A stretch of 64,000 bases of DNA from a candidate division WWE3 bacterium RIFCSPHIGHO2_01_FULL_40_23 (GCA_001772615.1 MEUZ01000007.1:108283-172282); one strand, 5' to 3'. Shown: positions 1-9,628, counted from the first letter of the stretch. Notes: generated by a model from the letters alone, not told the origin. Program-made: numbers and translations.

Positions 1-684
1 GTTGCGTTTTGGCTCCATGTACATGATATTTTCCACAATTCCTACCTGGTACGAAGGGTTTACTTCTTTTATCGCTTTATAGGAAGCATTGTGCCCGCGG
101 ATTAAACCCACCCACCCATCAAGAAAATCAAGAAATGTGGTTTTCATTGAGGGAATCCAAAGCTTGACTAAATGCCTTAAAGCTACATACGCCTGGGGTT
201 CATTAAGAGTTATAAAAAAATCTATATGTTCTCCTAATCTTTCTGCAACAAGCTTTGAGTACCTTGCAAAATACATGGGCGTAAGAAGATTTCCCCACCC
301 CTTCTTATCTCTTAACCAGTGCGGAAGAGAAAAATGCCAAAGAGTAACAAAAGTGCTCATACCTTTGCTTTTCAGCGATTTAAGGACTTTTCTGTAATGC
401 TCTATCTCTCTTTCATCAATTATTCCCTCCTGCGGCTCAATTCTTGCCCATTCAATAGACATCCTATGTGCATTGTGGTTTAAACTTTTTGCGAGAGTAA
501 AATCTTCTTCATAGCGATTATAAGAATCACAGGCAATTCCTGATCTTTCTTTAGGCCCGCCATCCTTTCCCGCAAATTCCGTTTCCCACACCCACCAGTC
601 CGAATGGACGTTATTGCCTTCTATTTGATGCGCGGCAGTGGCCGCCCCCCAGTAAAAATTATCGGGAAATTTTAAGAAAGACAT
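1..684 (-). CDS. Glycoside hydrolase family 1 (beta-glucosidase-like), 3' end outside window
   Basis: Manual translation from ATG at 684 gives MSFLKFPDNFYWGAATAAHQIEGNN, with later HRMSIEWARIEP, TLWHFSLP and TLNEP motifs of GH1. Absent from the ORF track because it is truncated. Confidence 0.9.
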   Translation of the reverse strand, partial: MSFLKFPDNFYWGAATAAHQIEGNNVHSDWWVWETEFAGKDGGPKERSGIACDSYNRYEEDFTLAKSLNHNAHRMSIEWARIEPQEGIIDEREIEHYRKVLKSLKSKGMSTFVTLWHFSLPHWLRDKKGWGNLLTPMYFARYSKLVAERLGEHIDFFITLNEPQAYVALRHLVKLWIPSMKTTFLDFLDGWVGLIRGHNASYKAIKEVNPSYQVGIVENIMYMEPKRN

Positions 685-787
685 ATGATTATTCTATAAG
701 TTAACTTCAGCTTGGTCTAGAGTTTATTTAAACTGGCTTTAAATATTAATCTGTGCTAAAAAGTAAAAAGACAAAGGAGAGACTAAA

Positions 788-1216
788 ATGAACCTGATTC
801 GGAAGTTTGGGAACATTTCTTCGCTCGTGAGGGATCAATTCGGGCTCATCTTCGGAGTTTGTGCGACCTTGACGATGGTTCTTGGGGTCATTAACCTTTT
901 TCTTGGGCCTCTTGGGGTTCTGGTCGAAAGCAAAGTTGTCGACTGGACGTTCGCGATCTTAGAAGGAGTTACGGCCCTATGCCTGTTTGTGGTTCTCACC
1001 GGCCTTCTTGCCTTGGGTCTAGATGGCGGCGGTAGTTTAAGAACCGGGCATATACTGTTCCTTCTCTGTATAGCACTGGCCTTCGCTCTTTCAACGGTGC
1101 CGCCCCTATCCCTTTACCTTGGGGGAGAAATTGAGAAAGAAATGAGATTTATCCCGGTGGCGCAAGCTGTTTTGTTTCTCGTGTCCCTGTGGATCCTATC
1201 TCTCCCAAGGCGATGA
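788..1216 (+). CDS. Hypothetical membrane protein (about 4 TM segments)
   Basis: 142-aa hydrophobic ORF preceded by an AAGGAG RBS. Confidence 0.7.
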   Translation: MNLIRKFGNISSLVRDQFGLIFGVCATLTMVLGVINLFLGPLGVLVESKVVDWTFAILEGVTALCLFVVLTGLLALGLDGGGSLRTGHILFLLCIALAFALSTVPPLSLYLGGEIEKEMRFIPVAQAVLFLVSLWILSLPRR

Positions 1217-1297
1217 TTCTCTTTGAGTTCTACTCAACCGCTTGCCGGATACTCACAGCCGGCAAGCTTCTTTCTCTTATCATCCCAAATTCGCTTC

Positions 1298-1378
1298 GTC
1301 ATCCTGAACCTGACTGCCGGCAGGCAGGCTTGATTCAGGATCTGTATTTTAGATTCTGGATCAAGTCCAGAATGACAT
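1298..1378. repeat. REP-like palindromic repeat pair
   Basis: GTCATCCTGAAC...TTCAGGATCT plus AGATTCTGGATCAAGTCCAGAATGAC; the same family recurs throughout the window. Confidence 0.75.
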
Positions 1379-1451
1379 AAACCAAACCCTAACTTTCATA
1401 TCGTTGATATTAGAAACGGCGTAATATAAAATCTTAGTGCCTCATTTAAAG

Positions 1452-1527
1452 GCCCGGATAGCTCAGTTGGTAGAGCACGTCCATGGTAAGGATGGGGTCC
1501 CGAGTTCGACTCTCGGTCCGGGCTCCA
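1452..1527 (+). tRNA. tRNA-Thr(GGT)
   Basis: Acceptor stem GCCCGGA/TCCGGGC, D arm AGCTCAGTTGGTAGAGC, anticodon loop ATGGTAA, GTTCGAC T loop, encoded CCA. Confidence 0.95.
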
Positions 1528-1615
1528 AATCAGACACCACAATATTTCTCCCTTAATACCACTCCAAGGAAATGGTAAAATATGGGCTAGGCAGATCCAA
1601 AAGATCCAGCCCTAA

Positions 1616-1702
1616 GCCAGGTTCGGATAGCGGCAATTCCAACAGACTGTAAATCTGTCGCCCTAACGGGCTACGAAGGTTCGAGTCCTTCACCTGGCAC
1701 CA
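1616..1702 (+). tRNA. tRNA-Tyr(GTA)
   Basis: Acceptor GCCAGGT/ACCTGGC, anticodon loop CTGTAAA, long variable arm, GGTTCGAGTCC, encoded CCA. Confidence 0.95.
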
Positions 1703-1870
1703 AAATCTGAAAACACATCGGGGTCATGCAGACATATAAAGTCGAGGCGAAGTACATCGGACTCGAATGCCGGACCCGCCTCTCAAGCGAAGCGAGAGGG
1801 TGGGGAGGCGGGAACGCGAACCTTAGGAACTGTTGCGAATATTAATGAGCTACAGTTTCTTAGGATTCGT

Positions 1871-1894
1871 GTTCGAGTCCTTCACCTGGCACCA
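1871..1894 (+). repeat. Direct repeat of the tRNA-Tyr 3' end (att-like)
   Basis: GTTCGAGTCCTTCACCTGGCACCA is identical to 1679-1702. Confidence 0.9.
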
Positions 1895-1982
1895 TCCTCC
1901 TTTTGACACAATTTATACAAACTGATAACCTCCCAACTAGTTATTTTGTTCACCAAATAAACAATCCTGAAGGAGAGAACAC

Positions 1983-2336
1983 ATGAAGCACGTTCAACAA
2001 AATCCAAAGAGAGGCGGCGTTGATCTTAACAAGCGATTCTTTGAACTCTCCATCATCAACGGCTATGTGGTATCAATCCTTTGGCCGCTGTTTGTAAAGC
2101 TGCCCGCGCAATTCCACTGGGGGCAACAACTTCTGATCTGGCTTGGAATTGAGCTTTCGTCCATGCTGGTTGTCTTTATCATGGCAGGAATGCTTTACAA
2201 CTTGTCCAAGAGGCAAAACATTCCGATGCTCATGCTGCCTGCTAGCATCTGTCTTGGGATAACGGCAGGTATCCTTGCCGCAATACTCACCGTGGTATTG
2301 GTAGCTATACTCTACCTCATCCCTCCGCCCAGATAA
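1983..2336 (+). CDS. Hypothetical membrane protein
   Basis: 117 aa, three hydrophobic segments, AAGGAG RBS, followed by a terminator. Confidence 0.7.
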   Translation: MKHVQQNPKRGGVDLNKRFFELSIINGYVVSILWPLFVKLPAQFHWGQQLLIWLGIELSSMLVVFIMAGMLYNLSKRQNIPMLMLPASICLGITAGILAAILTVVLVAILYLIPPPR

Positions 2337-2339
2337 CAA

Positions 2340-2380
2340 CCTCGGCCGGAAAAGACCAGACCGGCCGAGGCTTTATTTTT
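2340..2380 (+). terminator. Rho-independent terminator
   Basis: CCTCGGCCGG...CCGGCCGAGG stem followed by CTTTATTTTT. Confidence 0.75.
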
Positions 2381-2450
2381 AATCCCAATCCTTCACAAAT
2401 ACATTAAACTCCAATTAAAATCTGATAAAATATCAAAGGCCAGCCTGTTA

Positions 2451-2524
2451 GCCCCCATAGCTTAGTGGCAAAGCGGCGGTTTTGTAAACCGTTGACGGGA
2501 GTTCGATTCTACCTGGGGGCTCCA
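2451..2524 (+). tRNA. tRNA-Thr(TGT)
   Basis: Acceptor GCCCCCA/TGGGGGC, anticodon loop TTTGTAA, GTTCGATTC, encoded CCA. Confidence 0.93.
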
Positions 2525-2730
2525 AAAAGCACTATCCTACAGTCGGTTTCAGATGAAAAAACATACCAAAGTCTCACAAACATCTCAACACTTTATTAAA
2601 ATAGCCCACGAACTTGGAAAAAAATGCTCCAAAACCTTTATAGAACTTTCAACTAAATAATTCTTCAACCATATAGAGTCTAGCTGAACTATCAAGAAAG
2701 TACCAAAAGTAAGTTATAAACTGAACAGAC

Positions 2731-4386
2731 CTATTCTTCCTTTGCGTCTGATAAGCTCTCTAAAACTCTCTTTGCGTCCTTGTTTTGAGGGTCAAGCTCC
2801 AAAACTTTTAAAAGATAAGATTGGGCCCAGCTCACCCTACCCTTCACCAGCTCAACTTCTGACATATTGTAGTAAGACTGCCACATTAAAGGGTAATTAT
2901 TGATATTACCCATGAAAATCTTCTCCGCCTCATTGACCTTGCCAAGCCTTAAGTAGCTTAATCCGAGATTATTGTAAGCATCAGGGTAAACACCGCCTCT
3001 TAACTCAATTGCCTTCTTAAATTCATCGGAAGCCCCTTCGTAATCTTTTTTAGTTAGGTATGTTTCACCAAGCAGTTTGTGGGCTCTTGAGCTATTGGGT
3101 ACAACTCTTACTGCAGATTTCCATAAATTTTCGGGTGTTGACCACTCTCTGTTCCTAAAAATCACCTTAGTTGAGTACAATATTACTAATATACCCCCTA
3201 GAATCATTGCCAAACTGTCAAATCTTGCCTTTTTTGATATCCAGATAAAAAACAATGCGACAAGTGAGCAGAAAGCCACGTTCCCAAGATATAAATACCT
3301 TTCGGTAAAATAAGAAGATGTCTGAACCGGGCTGAAAGTCGGCCCAAGAGAAACAACAACAAACAAGAGAAGTCCCGATACTTCCCTGTAAATCTCCCAC
3401 AAATACAAAATCAGACCGAATACCACAACGGTGAAAGCCCAGAATACAAAAACATCAAAGTCAGTAACAACATCACCTTCGTGAAATATAGACAATCCCA
3501 GGGGAAAGGACAAAAGCTTAAAGTTACTATAAATCTCATAAGGAACTCTCTCAAAGTAGGGGGCGGAACCCTCAATATTTGCCTCAAATGAGCCTTGGAG
3601 GTAGTCAATTCTTGCTGAATACGGCCTTACAATAAGAAAAATGTGGATAAGCATGACAAAAATAAGAGGGATAAAACGGAATCGGGAGGATACTTTTTTC
3701 TCAAACTGATAGTTATAAATCTGATCAATGATTATTAAAAGTGGAATAAACATCACCGAAAAGCTGTTATTTACAAGAACAAGAGTAATTCCGTAAACGA
3801 CGACGGTGCCTAAAAAATACCTGATTTTATTGGTGTTTCTAAACAAAAGGTATAAAACGGCCATAAATAGAAAACCCATGGCGTTTGTTATGTAAATTGA
3901 GGCCGAAATCCATGAGACTGCCTCCGTATTTATCGGAGAAACGGCAAAAAGCAGGGACGACAATTTTGCCGTTTTTTTATCAAAAAGCATTGAAACAAGG
4001 ACAAAAACTAAAATAACGGCCAAAATATGAAACAAAACATGAGTCAAATGCAAAGGAACAGGATTTAAGTCGAAAAACCTGAAAGACATGGCATAAATGA
4101 CCTTCTGCAGATTTAGTGTTTTAAGAGAGGCTTTTAAATCCCTCACTTCGACGTTTTCTTTAAAGCCAAGAATATCATCCGCTACAAACTCCCCTTTTAA
4201 AGAGTTAAAGTAAATCCCCAAAGCCGCCAAAACCACAAGTAAAATGAACTTATAGTTGGATAAAAGGTAACGGAGTACATTTGAAATAGAGTTAAACTCC
4301 CCGCTTTGAGCCGCTTCGGGGGCTTTTATCTCCCCTACCCTATTTAACCCTTTATCAAGTTTTCTTTTGGCTTTAGCATTTTTCAT
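2731..4386 (-). CDS. TMTC-like multi-pass membrane protein with C-terminal TPR repeats (putative GT-C glycosyltransferase)
   Basis: N-terminal GEFVADD loop, TEAVSWIS and ERYLYL motifs, about 10 TM helices, TPR tail (AYNNLGLSYLRLG). Confidence 0.8.
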   Translation of the reverse strand: MKNAKAKRKLDKGLNRVGEIKAPEAAQSGEFNSISNVLRYLLSNYKFILLVVLAALGIYFNSLKGEFVADDILGFKENVEVRDLKASLKTLNLQKVIYAMSFRFFDLNPVPLHLTHVLFHILAVILVFVLVSMLFDKKTAKLSSLLFAVSPINTEAVSWISASIYITNAMGFLFMAVLYLLFRNTNKIRYFLGTVVVYGITLVLVNNSFSVMFIPLLIIIDQIYNYQFEKKVSSRFRFIPLIFVMLIHIFLIVRPYSARIDYLQGSFEANIEGSAPYFERVPYEIYSNFKLLSFPLGLSIFHEGDVVTDFDVFVFWAFTVVVFGLILYLWEIYREVSGLLLFVVVSLGPTFSPVQTSSYFTERYLYLGNVAFCSLVALFFIWISKKARFDSLAMILGGILVILYSTKVIFRNREWSTPENLWKSAVRVVPNSSRAHKLLGETYLTKKDYEGASDEFKKAIELRGGVYPDAYNNLGLSYLRLGKVNEAEKIFMGNINNYPLMWQSYYNMSEVELVKGRVSWAQSYLLKVLELDPQNKDAKRVLESLSDAKEE

Positions 4387-4483
4387 ATTAATTACAGATG
4401 GAAATCAGACAGAAGCCTAAGTTGATTTCCTTCGTAAAAATTGATACAAGTATATTATCCTATTCCCCCTATGGAGGTTAAAT

Positions 4484-4672
4484 ATGTCAGCCTTTTGGAC
4501 GGCAGGAGCGATCCTGGTCGTGGTTCTGCTGGTTCTGTTCTTCGCAGCTATGTACAGCGCAGACGAGCGTGCCCGCCGCCAGAAAGAGGCGGAGGAAAGA
4601 TACATGGCCCCGACTCCGGACATGGTCGCGCAACCATTCATCCGCGACGGGCCAAATGGCGGCGGACAATAG
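4484..4672 (+). CDS. Small single-pass membrane protein
   Basis: 62 aa, GGAGG RBS, N-terminal TM helix then a charged tail. Confidence 0.65.
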   Translation: MSAFWTAGAILVVVLLVLFFAAMYSADERARRQKEAEERYMAPTPDMVAQPFIRDGPNGGGQ

Positions 4673-4768
4673 TTTCTCCAACCCAAAATCACAAAAAGAG
4701 GCGGTCTAAAACAGGCTCATCACACACGGAGGTTTACACCAAAATCTCCGTGTGTCTTATCTTAAACT

Positions 4769-4938
4769 TGACGGCCATTTACAATTAAGGTATAAATTAA
4801 AGCAATGAAAGAAGCGGCAATTTTCCTGTTACAACGACATATTTCGTATTGGCACAGACACAAACAGCTTGGTGTTTGACTCCGGGTTTATTAACCCAAT
4901 AATGTAAGCTCGGAGCTAAATCCCGAGCTTTTTTGTTT
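4769..4938 (+). promoter_or_regulatory. Promoter, 24-codon leader ORF (4805-4879) and attenuator-like alternative hairpins
   Basis: TTGACG-17-TATAAA; uORF MKEAAIFLLQRHISYWHRHKQLGV. CTCCGGGTTTAT can pair with GTAAGCTCGGAG, which overlaps the terminator AAGCTCGG...CCGAGCTTTTTT. Confidence 0.55.
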
Positions 4939-5068
4939 TTCTCTAAAAAAGTTGGGGCTTGGTTAAAAAGACAAATTTTGTTTGCCTTTTAAACCCCGTC
5001 CTAACCGCTTTGCAAAACCGAATTTAGTTTTGTGAGGACATGACGTGGAGAAAGGATCGGACTTAGCC

Positions 5069-5188
5069 ATGACGTACCCGAGCTACCGCCCGGCCTACCC
5101 GCCCCCGGCTCGCCCCGCTGATGATTACGATCATCCGCCCCAGGCGCGCACCGCGGACGATTGGCCGCCTCCCGCTCGCCCTAGCTAA
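5069..5188 (+). CDS. 39-aa Pro-rich repeat peptide
   Basis: Manual translation MTYPSYRPAYPPPARPADDYDHPPQARTADDWPPPARPS; AAAGGA upstream; GC-rich relative to flanks. Confidence 0.5.
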   Translation: MTYPSYRPAYPPPARPADDYDHPPQARTADDWPPPARPS

Positions 5189-5312
5189 ACCGGCACGGGA
5201 GTAAGACATTGGACGGTAAGGAGAGTAGTTTGAAAGAAGCAGCTTCCTTACCGTCCAAGTTCATTTTACCATTAGCGTATACATCAATAAGCAGGCTCAC
5301 GATTCCGGGATT

Positions 5313-5438
5313 TAGATCCCCGCTTTCGCGGGGATGACATCTGTAATACGGAATGACAACCCCCCCACTTGTCATTCCGTGCCTGACACGGAATCTCTCT
5401 AGGTTGTCGTTGAGATTCCGCATCAAGTGCGGGATGAC
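5313..5438. repeat. Cluster of REP-like palindromes
   Basis: AGATCCCCGCTTTCGCGGGGATGAC, GTCATTCCGTG...CACGGAATCT and AGATTCCGCATCAAGTGCGGGATGAC. Confidence 0.75.
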
Positions 5439-5499
5439 AGTATGAGACGTAAATTGAGCTTTGATATTATCGGACTTGAGCTATATATTGACAACAAAT

Positions 5500-6588
5500 A
5501 TGAACGAAAAATTACAAAGGCTTTCAAAAAAATTAAAAGACCAAAAAGTTGACACGTTTCTCATATCCAATTACTACAGCATTTATTATTTGAGTGGCTT
5601 TAAAGGAGCCGTATCCGAAGACAGGGAGGTATATTTAGTCTATTCAAAGAAAAAATTGAACCTAGTGGCTCCACGCCTCTATCAGGAGGAAGCGAAGGCT
5701 CTCTCATCCAAAGACCTGAAGGTTTTTATAACCAGTGAAAGAGACAAGCTCCTTGCAACGGCTACCGACCTTCTTGATGCCAAACAAACCGTCGGCTTTG
5801 AATCCGAGGACTTGAAGTACAAGGAGTATGAGGAAACCAGGCTTTTGCTAAAGGAGAAAAAGCTCATAAGCCTTGAAAATTTAGTGCTTGGCATAAGGGA
5901 GATTAAGACGGGAGAGGAAATAAGCCTTATAAGAAAAGCGCAGGAGATTACCTACAAAGCTTTAAAAAAGGTTCTTCCTTTAATTAAAGAAGGGATAACT
6001 GAAAAGGAAATTTCCGAGAAACTGCGTCTTTCAATGCTCTCACTAGGCGCAGAGAGCGAGTCTTTTGGCTCAATTGTTGCGGCAAATAAAGGTTCCGCAT
6101 TGCCGCATTACGAAACATCAAATAAAAAAATTAAAAACGGGGACATGATTTTAATTGATTGGGGAGCAAAATATAAAGGATACTGCGGTGACTCAACGAG
6201 AGTTATATTTCTTAAAAAGGTTCCTGGTGACACAGTTGCAAACGTTTATAATCTTGTTCTTAAAGCACAGGAAAAGGCTATAAATGGCTTAAAGGCTGGA
6301 ATGACAGGAAGTGAGGGTTATGATATGGCTAATAAAGTTTTTGTTGAGAACAAAGTTGAAAAATATTTTACGCACGGGCTTGGGCATGGCATCGGTCTTG
6401 CAGTTCATGAAGAACCTTATTTAAGAAAAACGGTAGAGAAACCGCTTCTTGAGGGATCTGTATTTAGCGTAGAGCCCGGTTTGTACTTTACAAAATGGGG
6501 AGGAATAAGAATTGAGGACCTCGTTGCCCTTAGAGCAGACAAAGCCGAGGTGCTTGGCAGTTACCCAAAAGAAATCGTCATTTTATAA
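5500..6588 (+). CDS. pepP: Xaa-Pro aminopeptidase (M24B)
   Basis: Creatinase-like N-domain, ALPHY, IDWGAKYKGYCGDSTR, HGLGHGIGLAVHE, EPGLY and GGIRIEDLV motifs; ATG start at 5500. Confidence 0.9.
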   Translation: MNEKLQRLSKKLKDQKVDTFLISNYYSIYYLSGFKGAVSEDREVYLVYSKKKLNLVAPRLYQEEAKALSSKDLKVFITSERDKLLATATDLLDAKQTVGFESEDLKYKEYEETRLLLKEKKLISLENLVLGIREIKTGEEISLIRKAQEITYKALKKVLPLIKEGITEKEISEKLRLSMLSLGAESESFGSIVAANKGSALPHYETSNKKIKNGDMILIDWGAKYKGYCGDSTRVIFLKKVPGDTVANVYNLVLKAQEKAINGLKAGMTGSEGYDMANKVFVENKVEKYFTHGLGHGIGLAVHEEPYLRKTVEKPLLEGSVFSVEPGLYFTKWGGIRIEDLVALRADKAEVLGSYPKEIVIL

Positions 6589-6639
6589 AAGTTCAAGTCT
6601 TAATTGACACAGGTTTAACTTTCAAAGATAATTCAACGC

Positions 6640-6813
6640 ATGGCAAAAAAGACTTCAAGAATACTTTTGTTACTTGTTTGCACCCAATGCAAAAGTCAAA
6701 ACTACATAACGGCAAAAAATAAAATTAACTCAACCGATAAGATAACGCTTAAAAAATACTGCAAAAAGTGTAAAGCCCATACTGAACACAAAGAATCCAC
6801 CAAGCTTAAATAA
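6640..6813 (+). CDS. rpmG: 50S ribosomal protein L33
   Basis: Manual translation MAKKTSRILLLLVCTQCKSQNYITAKNK...LKKYCKKCKAHTEHKE (57 aa, below the ORF-track cutoff). Confidence 0.95.
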   Translation: MAKKTSRILLLLVCTQCKSQNYITAKNKINSTDKITLKKYCKKCKAHTEHKESTKLK

Positions 6814-6881
6814 CCTATAATTTGACAACTCAGCGGGTTCTATTAGAATATTCTTATCCACACAAACAAAAGGAGAGGGAA

Positions 6882-7199
6882 ATGGCAACTGACGTTCAAG
6901 TTCGCCCAGACGATATCAACCTCCAAACAACACTTAGAGATACATTTGGAAAATGGGAGGCGGAACTTGCCGCAACTATAATCGTAGTTTTCTGTAGGGA
7001 TCGCAGGGGTTGGGTGAAGTTTTCATCCGAAGACATCACTCGCCTTGCGCCAGGCAGGGACGGGATTCTCGCACAAGTTGGACTCGAAATACTGGTTGAA
7101 AAGCGCTGGATAACAAAGGTCGAGGGTGATCTTCTTCAAGTCACACCGGCTTTCATAGAAAGGTGCCATGAAAAGCATCCCGTGATTGCCAGGGCATGA
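6882..7199 (+). CDS. Hypothetical protein, paralogue 1 of 3 (winged-helix-like)
   Basis: AAGGAG RBS before ATG 6882; shares C-x4-[GA]WVxF and VTxxF[IV] motifs with the next two ORFs. Confidence 0.75.
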   Translation: MATDVQVRPDDINLQTTLRDTFGKWEAELAATIIVVFCRDRRGWVKFSSEDITRLAPGRDGILAQVGLEILVEKRWITKVEGDLLQVTPAFIERCHEKHPVIARA

Positions 7200-7357
7200 A
7201 TGATTCCAGGAGGAAGCTTAAACACATAAACTTCCTCCTTTTTGTTTCAAAAATAACTCTACTTGTACGACCTAAAACACCACTCGTCCCCTCCTGACTT
7301 GACCAGGAACCTAATTAAAGTAAAATCTACTTAACCCTAAAAAAGCGGAGAGAACCA

Positions 7358-7672
7358 ATGTTAACCAGCACAATCAAACCTGAAGATATTGACCCCGAGG
7401 GGGTGCTGATGCCTGGAAAGTACGTTATGAAGGGAATTGAAATAGTCTGGCCATTAATTGTGAGATGGTGTCAGACTAAAGGCGGGTGGGTCCCTTTCTC
7501 TAATGCGGAGCTTCTTCCTTTTTGCAAAAACCATGTGACGGATGACCTCTACGTTGGCATCGGCCTGATGCAGCTCCACGAGAAAGGGTTTTTAACAAAA
7601 CTGGGTCAGTTTACATACGAAGTTACGGAAGCATTTGTCCAACTTCTTCCGAGGAAACAACCACCTAGATGA
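7358..7672 (+). CDS. Hypothetical protein, paralogue 2 of 3
   Basis: WCQTKGGWVPFS...YEVTEAFVQ; GGAG RBS. Confidence 0.75.
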   Translation: MLTSTIKPEDIDPEGVLMPGKYVMKGIEIVWPLIVRWCQTKGGWVPFSNAELLPFCKNHVTDDLYVGIGLMQLHEKGFLTKLGQFTYEVTEAFVQLLPRKQPPR

Positions 7673-7688
7673 GAAATAAGGAGAGAAA

Positions 7689-7994
7689 ATGCTTACAGTT
7701 CAAATCTTGCCTGAACACATTCTGTTAACGGAAGGTCTTCGCGGTACTTTCCCTGGATGGGAAGGGAATTTAGCCGCGACCGTCATAGTTACATATTGTA
7801 TGAGCAAACAGGCGTGGGTCCCCTTCACTATGGGGGATTTGACCGAGTGGATGAAGCTATTTAGCTCGGCGCAGGATGGTATCTACATCCTTCTTGGGTA
7901 TGGGTACCTGACAGAGGGAAAAGGAGGACAGCTTCAGGTAACAGAAGACTTCGTTCGGCTCTGCTACCAAAAGCACCCCCACCCCAGACTTTGA
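7689..7994 (+). CDS. Hypothetical protein, paralogue 3 of 3
   Basis: YCMSKQAWVPFT...LQVTEDFVRLCYQKHP; AAGGAG RBS. Confidence 0.75.
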   Translation: MLTVQILPEHILLTEGLRGTFPGWEGNLAATVIVTYCMSKQAWVPFTMGDLTEWMKLFSSAQDGIYILLGYGYLTEGKGGQLQVTEDFVRLCYQKHPHPRL

Positions 7995-8171
7995 ATCCCA
8001 AAGGAGGAAGCCAAACCCACAGCTTCCTCCCTTTTATTTCATGTCTATATTCTCTTCGACACCCTGGGGATTTTTTTTCAGGTTGTCATTCTGGACCTGA
8101 TCCAGAATCATGTCTTAATTTCATAAAAATTGTACTTTCAAGACTAAAAACTTATAATTAGAGAGCCATAT

Positions 8172-8245
8172 AGGGGTGTCGTTCAGCGGCAGGACGTTGG
8201 TCTCCAAAACCAATAACGGGGGTTCGATTCCCTCCACCCCTGCCA
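8172..8245 (+). tRNA. tRNA-Trp(CCA)
   Basis: Acceptor AGGGGTG/CACCCCT, anticodon loop CTCCAAA, GGTTCGATTCC, encoded CCA. Confidence 0.95.
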
Positions 8246-8324
8246 AACAACCTATAGTTTGACTTAGGAATTTAAATCTTATACACTATAACAAGTTAAT
8301 CTTGATCACAAAACGGAGCTTAAA

Positions 8325-8609
8325 ATGCCAATGCAACCTGGTGAGGCCATCAAAAAAGCAATTGAATGGTTGGTTAGCAATAAAGATAACCTTGAAGGAA
8401 AAAAATGTTCCCTTCCTTACGTGGAGGAGCATTTAATCAGGGTTTTCTTTGGCGGCAGTACCCCTGAAAGCAATGGCTGGATTGCCATTTGGACAACTAA
8501 CCGAAATCCAAATGACAAACTCAAAGCCGAAGAAAGTGCTGCAGATATTGTAGCCGCCCTACACAGAGAACTCAAACAAAAGGGATACACAGTTACGACA
8601 TATCATTAA
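8325..8609 (+). CDS. Hypothetical protein
   Basis: 94-aa ORF with GGAG RBS; upstream TTGACT-17-TACACT promoter. Confidence 0.65.
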   Translation: MPMQPGEAIKKAIEWLVSNKDNLEGKKCSLPYVEEHLIRVFFGGSTPESNGWIAIWTTNRNPNDKLKAEESAADIVAALHRELKQKGYTVTTYH

Positions 8610-8633
8610 AGCTATGCAGAAAAGGAGACGGAA

Positions 8634-8900
8634 ATGTCAGACACTTCAACAGCAGGATCAGATCAAGACTGGAAGGCAGAGAGCGCTGGATTAAGCGCCT
8701 TGGACTGGCTCCTAAAGAACAGGCCAGAGCGCCATACCCAAAAGCAGATCTTTGCAGTTTCCAAGCCCGCCATACTACCCTTAGAGGACGCTTCGGGGTA
8801 TAGCGTTATAATGGCCCTAAAGGGGACCGGCGGTTACTGGTTCTATACTTTTGAGGTACGCGGAGAACAGGTTACTTTAATAAGTGAAGAACAAAAGTAA
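8634..8900 (+). CDS. Hypothetical protein
   Basis: 88-aa ORF, AAGGAG RBS. Confidence 0.65.
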   Translation: MSDTSTAGSDQDWKAESAGLSALDWLLKNRPERHTQKQIFAVSKPAILPLEDASGYSVIMALKGTGGYWFYTFEVRGEQVTLISEEQK

Positions 8901-8942
8901 CCTGCACGGACTAAACTAATCCCAAATCCAAAGGAGGATACG

Positions 8943-9179
8943 ATGGACCCTATGGCAATAGCTATACTGGCCCTTATAGCTGCAACTGGCGAGAGGGTAG
9001 CAACGATAACGCAGCTTGTGGCCTGGCCAGATAGTTACGAATTCTGTGCGGTGACAGAACTTGGAAGGATCTTCTGCGTGATCGTGAGGCAGAAGGAAAT
9101 GTCAGGAACACTCCAGGATCTTTCCGCGAAGAAGTCAAGCGAGTTCTCCTACACTCCCAACGGCGTCATACTACAATAG
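8943..9179 (+). CDS. Hypothetical protein
   Basis: 78-aa ORF, AGGAGG RBS, followed by terminator AAAACGGTTCTT...AAGAGCCGTTTTTT. Confidence 0.65.
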   Translation: MDPMAIAILALIAATGERVATITQLVAWPDSYEFCAVTELGRIFCVIVRQKEMSGTLQDLSAKKSSEFSYTPNGVILQ

Positions 9180-9339
9180 CCTCTGATGTCGGAACAAAAC
9201 GGTTCTTCTAAAAAGAGCCGTTTTTTGTTACCCACTTCTCACAACAATTAATCTGAAAAACTATAAAAAATCCCAACTTCTTCCACCACCCCCCAAATAA
9301 TTGGTTGACAGAATTCTGTAAGAATTCTATAATTTACCT

Positions 9340-9627
9340 GTGACTCAAGAACAAATTATAAAAAAGGAAAGATTTACCAGCATTCAGGAAGCACAGGCAG
9401 GGCTCACGAACATCCTTAAAAAAGCTCAGGAAGGTGAATTTTTCTATAGAGTCCTTCGAAACAATGAACCGATCGGTGTTCTCCTTCCCAATAACCTCTG
9501 GGAGGACTTAATTGAAGATTTGGAAGCTCTTAGTTCACCAAACTATTTAAAAAGCATAAAAGAAGCCAGAAAATCTAAAAAATTCTATACTCTAGAAGAA
9601 GTAAAAAAACAACTCAACCTCAAATAA
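9340..9627 (+). CDS. Phd/YefM-family antitoxin
   Basis: SIQEAQAGLTNIL, VLRNNEPIGVLL and EDLEALSSPNYLKSIKEAR; lies upstream of a RelE-like gene. Confidence 0.8.
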   Translation: MTQEQIIKKERFTSIQEAQAGLTNILKKAQEGEFFYRVLRNNEPIGVLLPNNLWEDLIEDLEALSSPNYLKSIKEARKSKKFYTLEEVKKQLNLK

Positions 9628-9628
9628 T

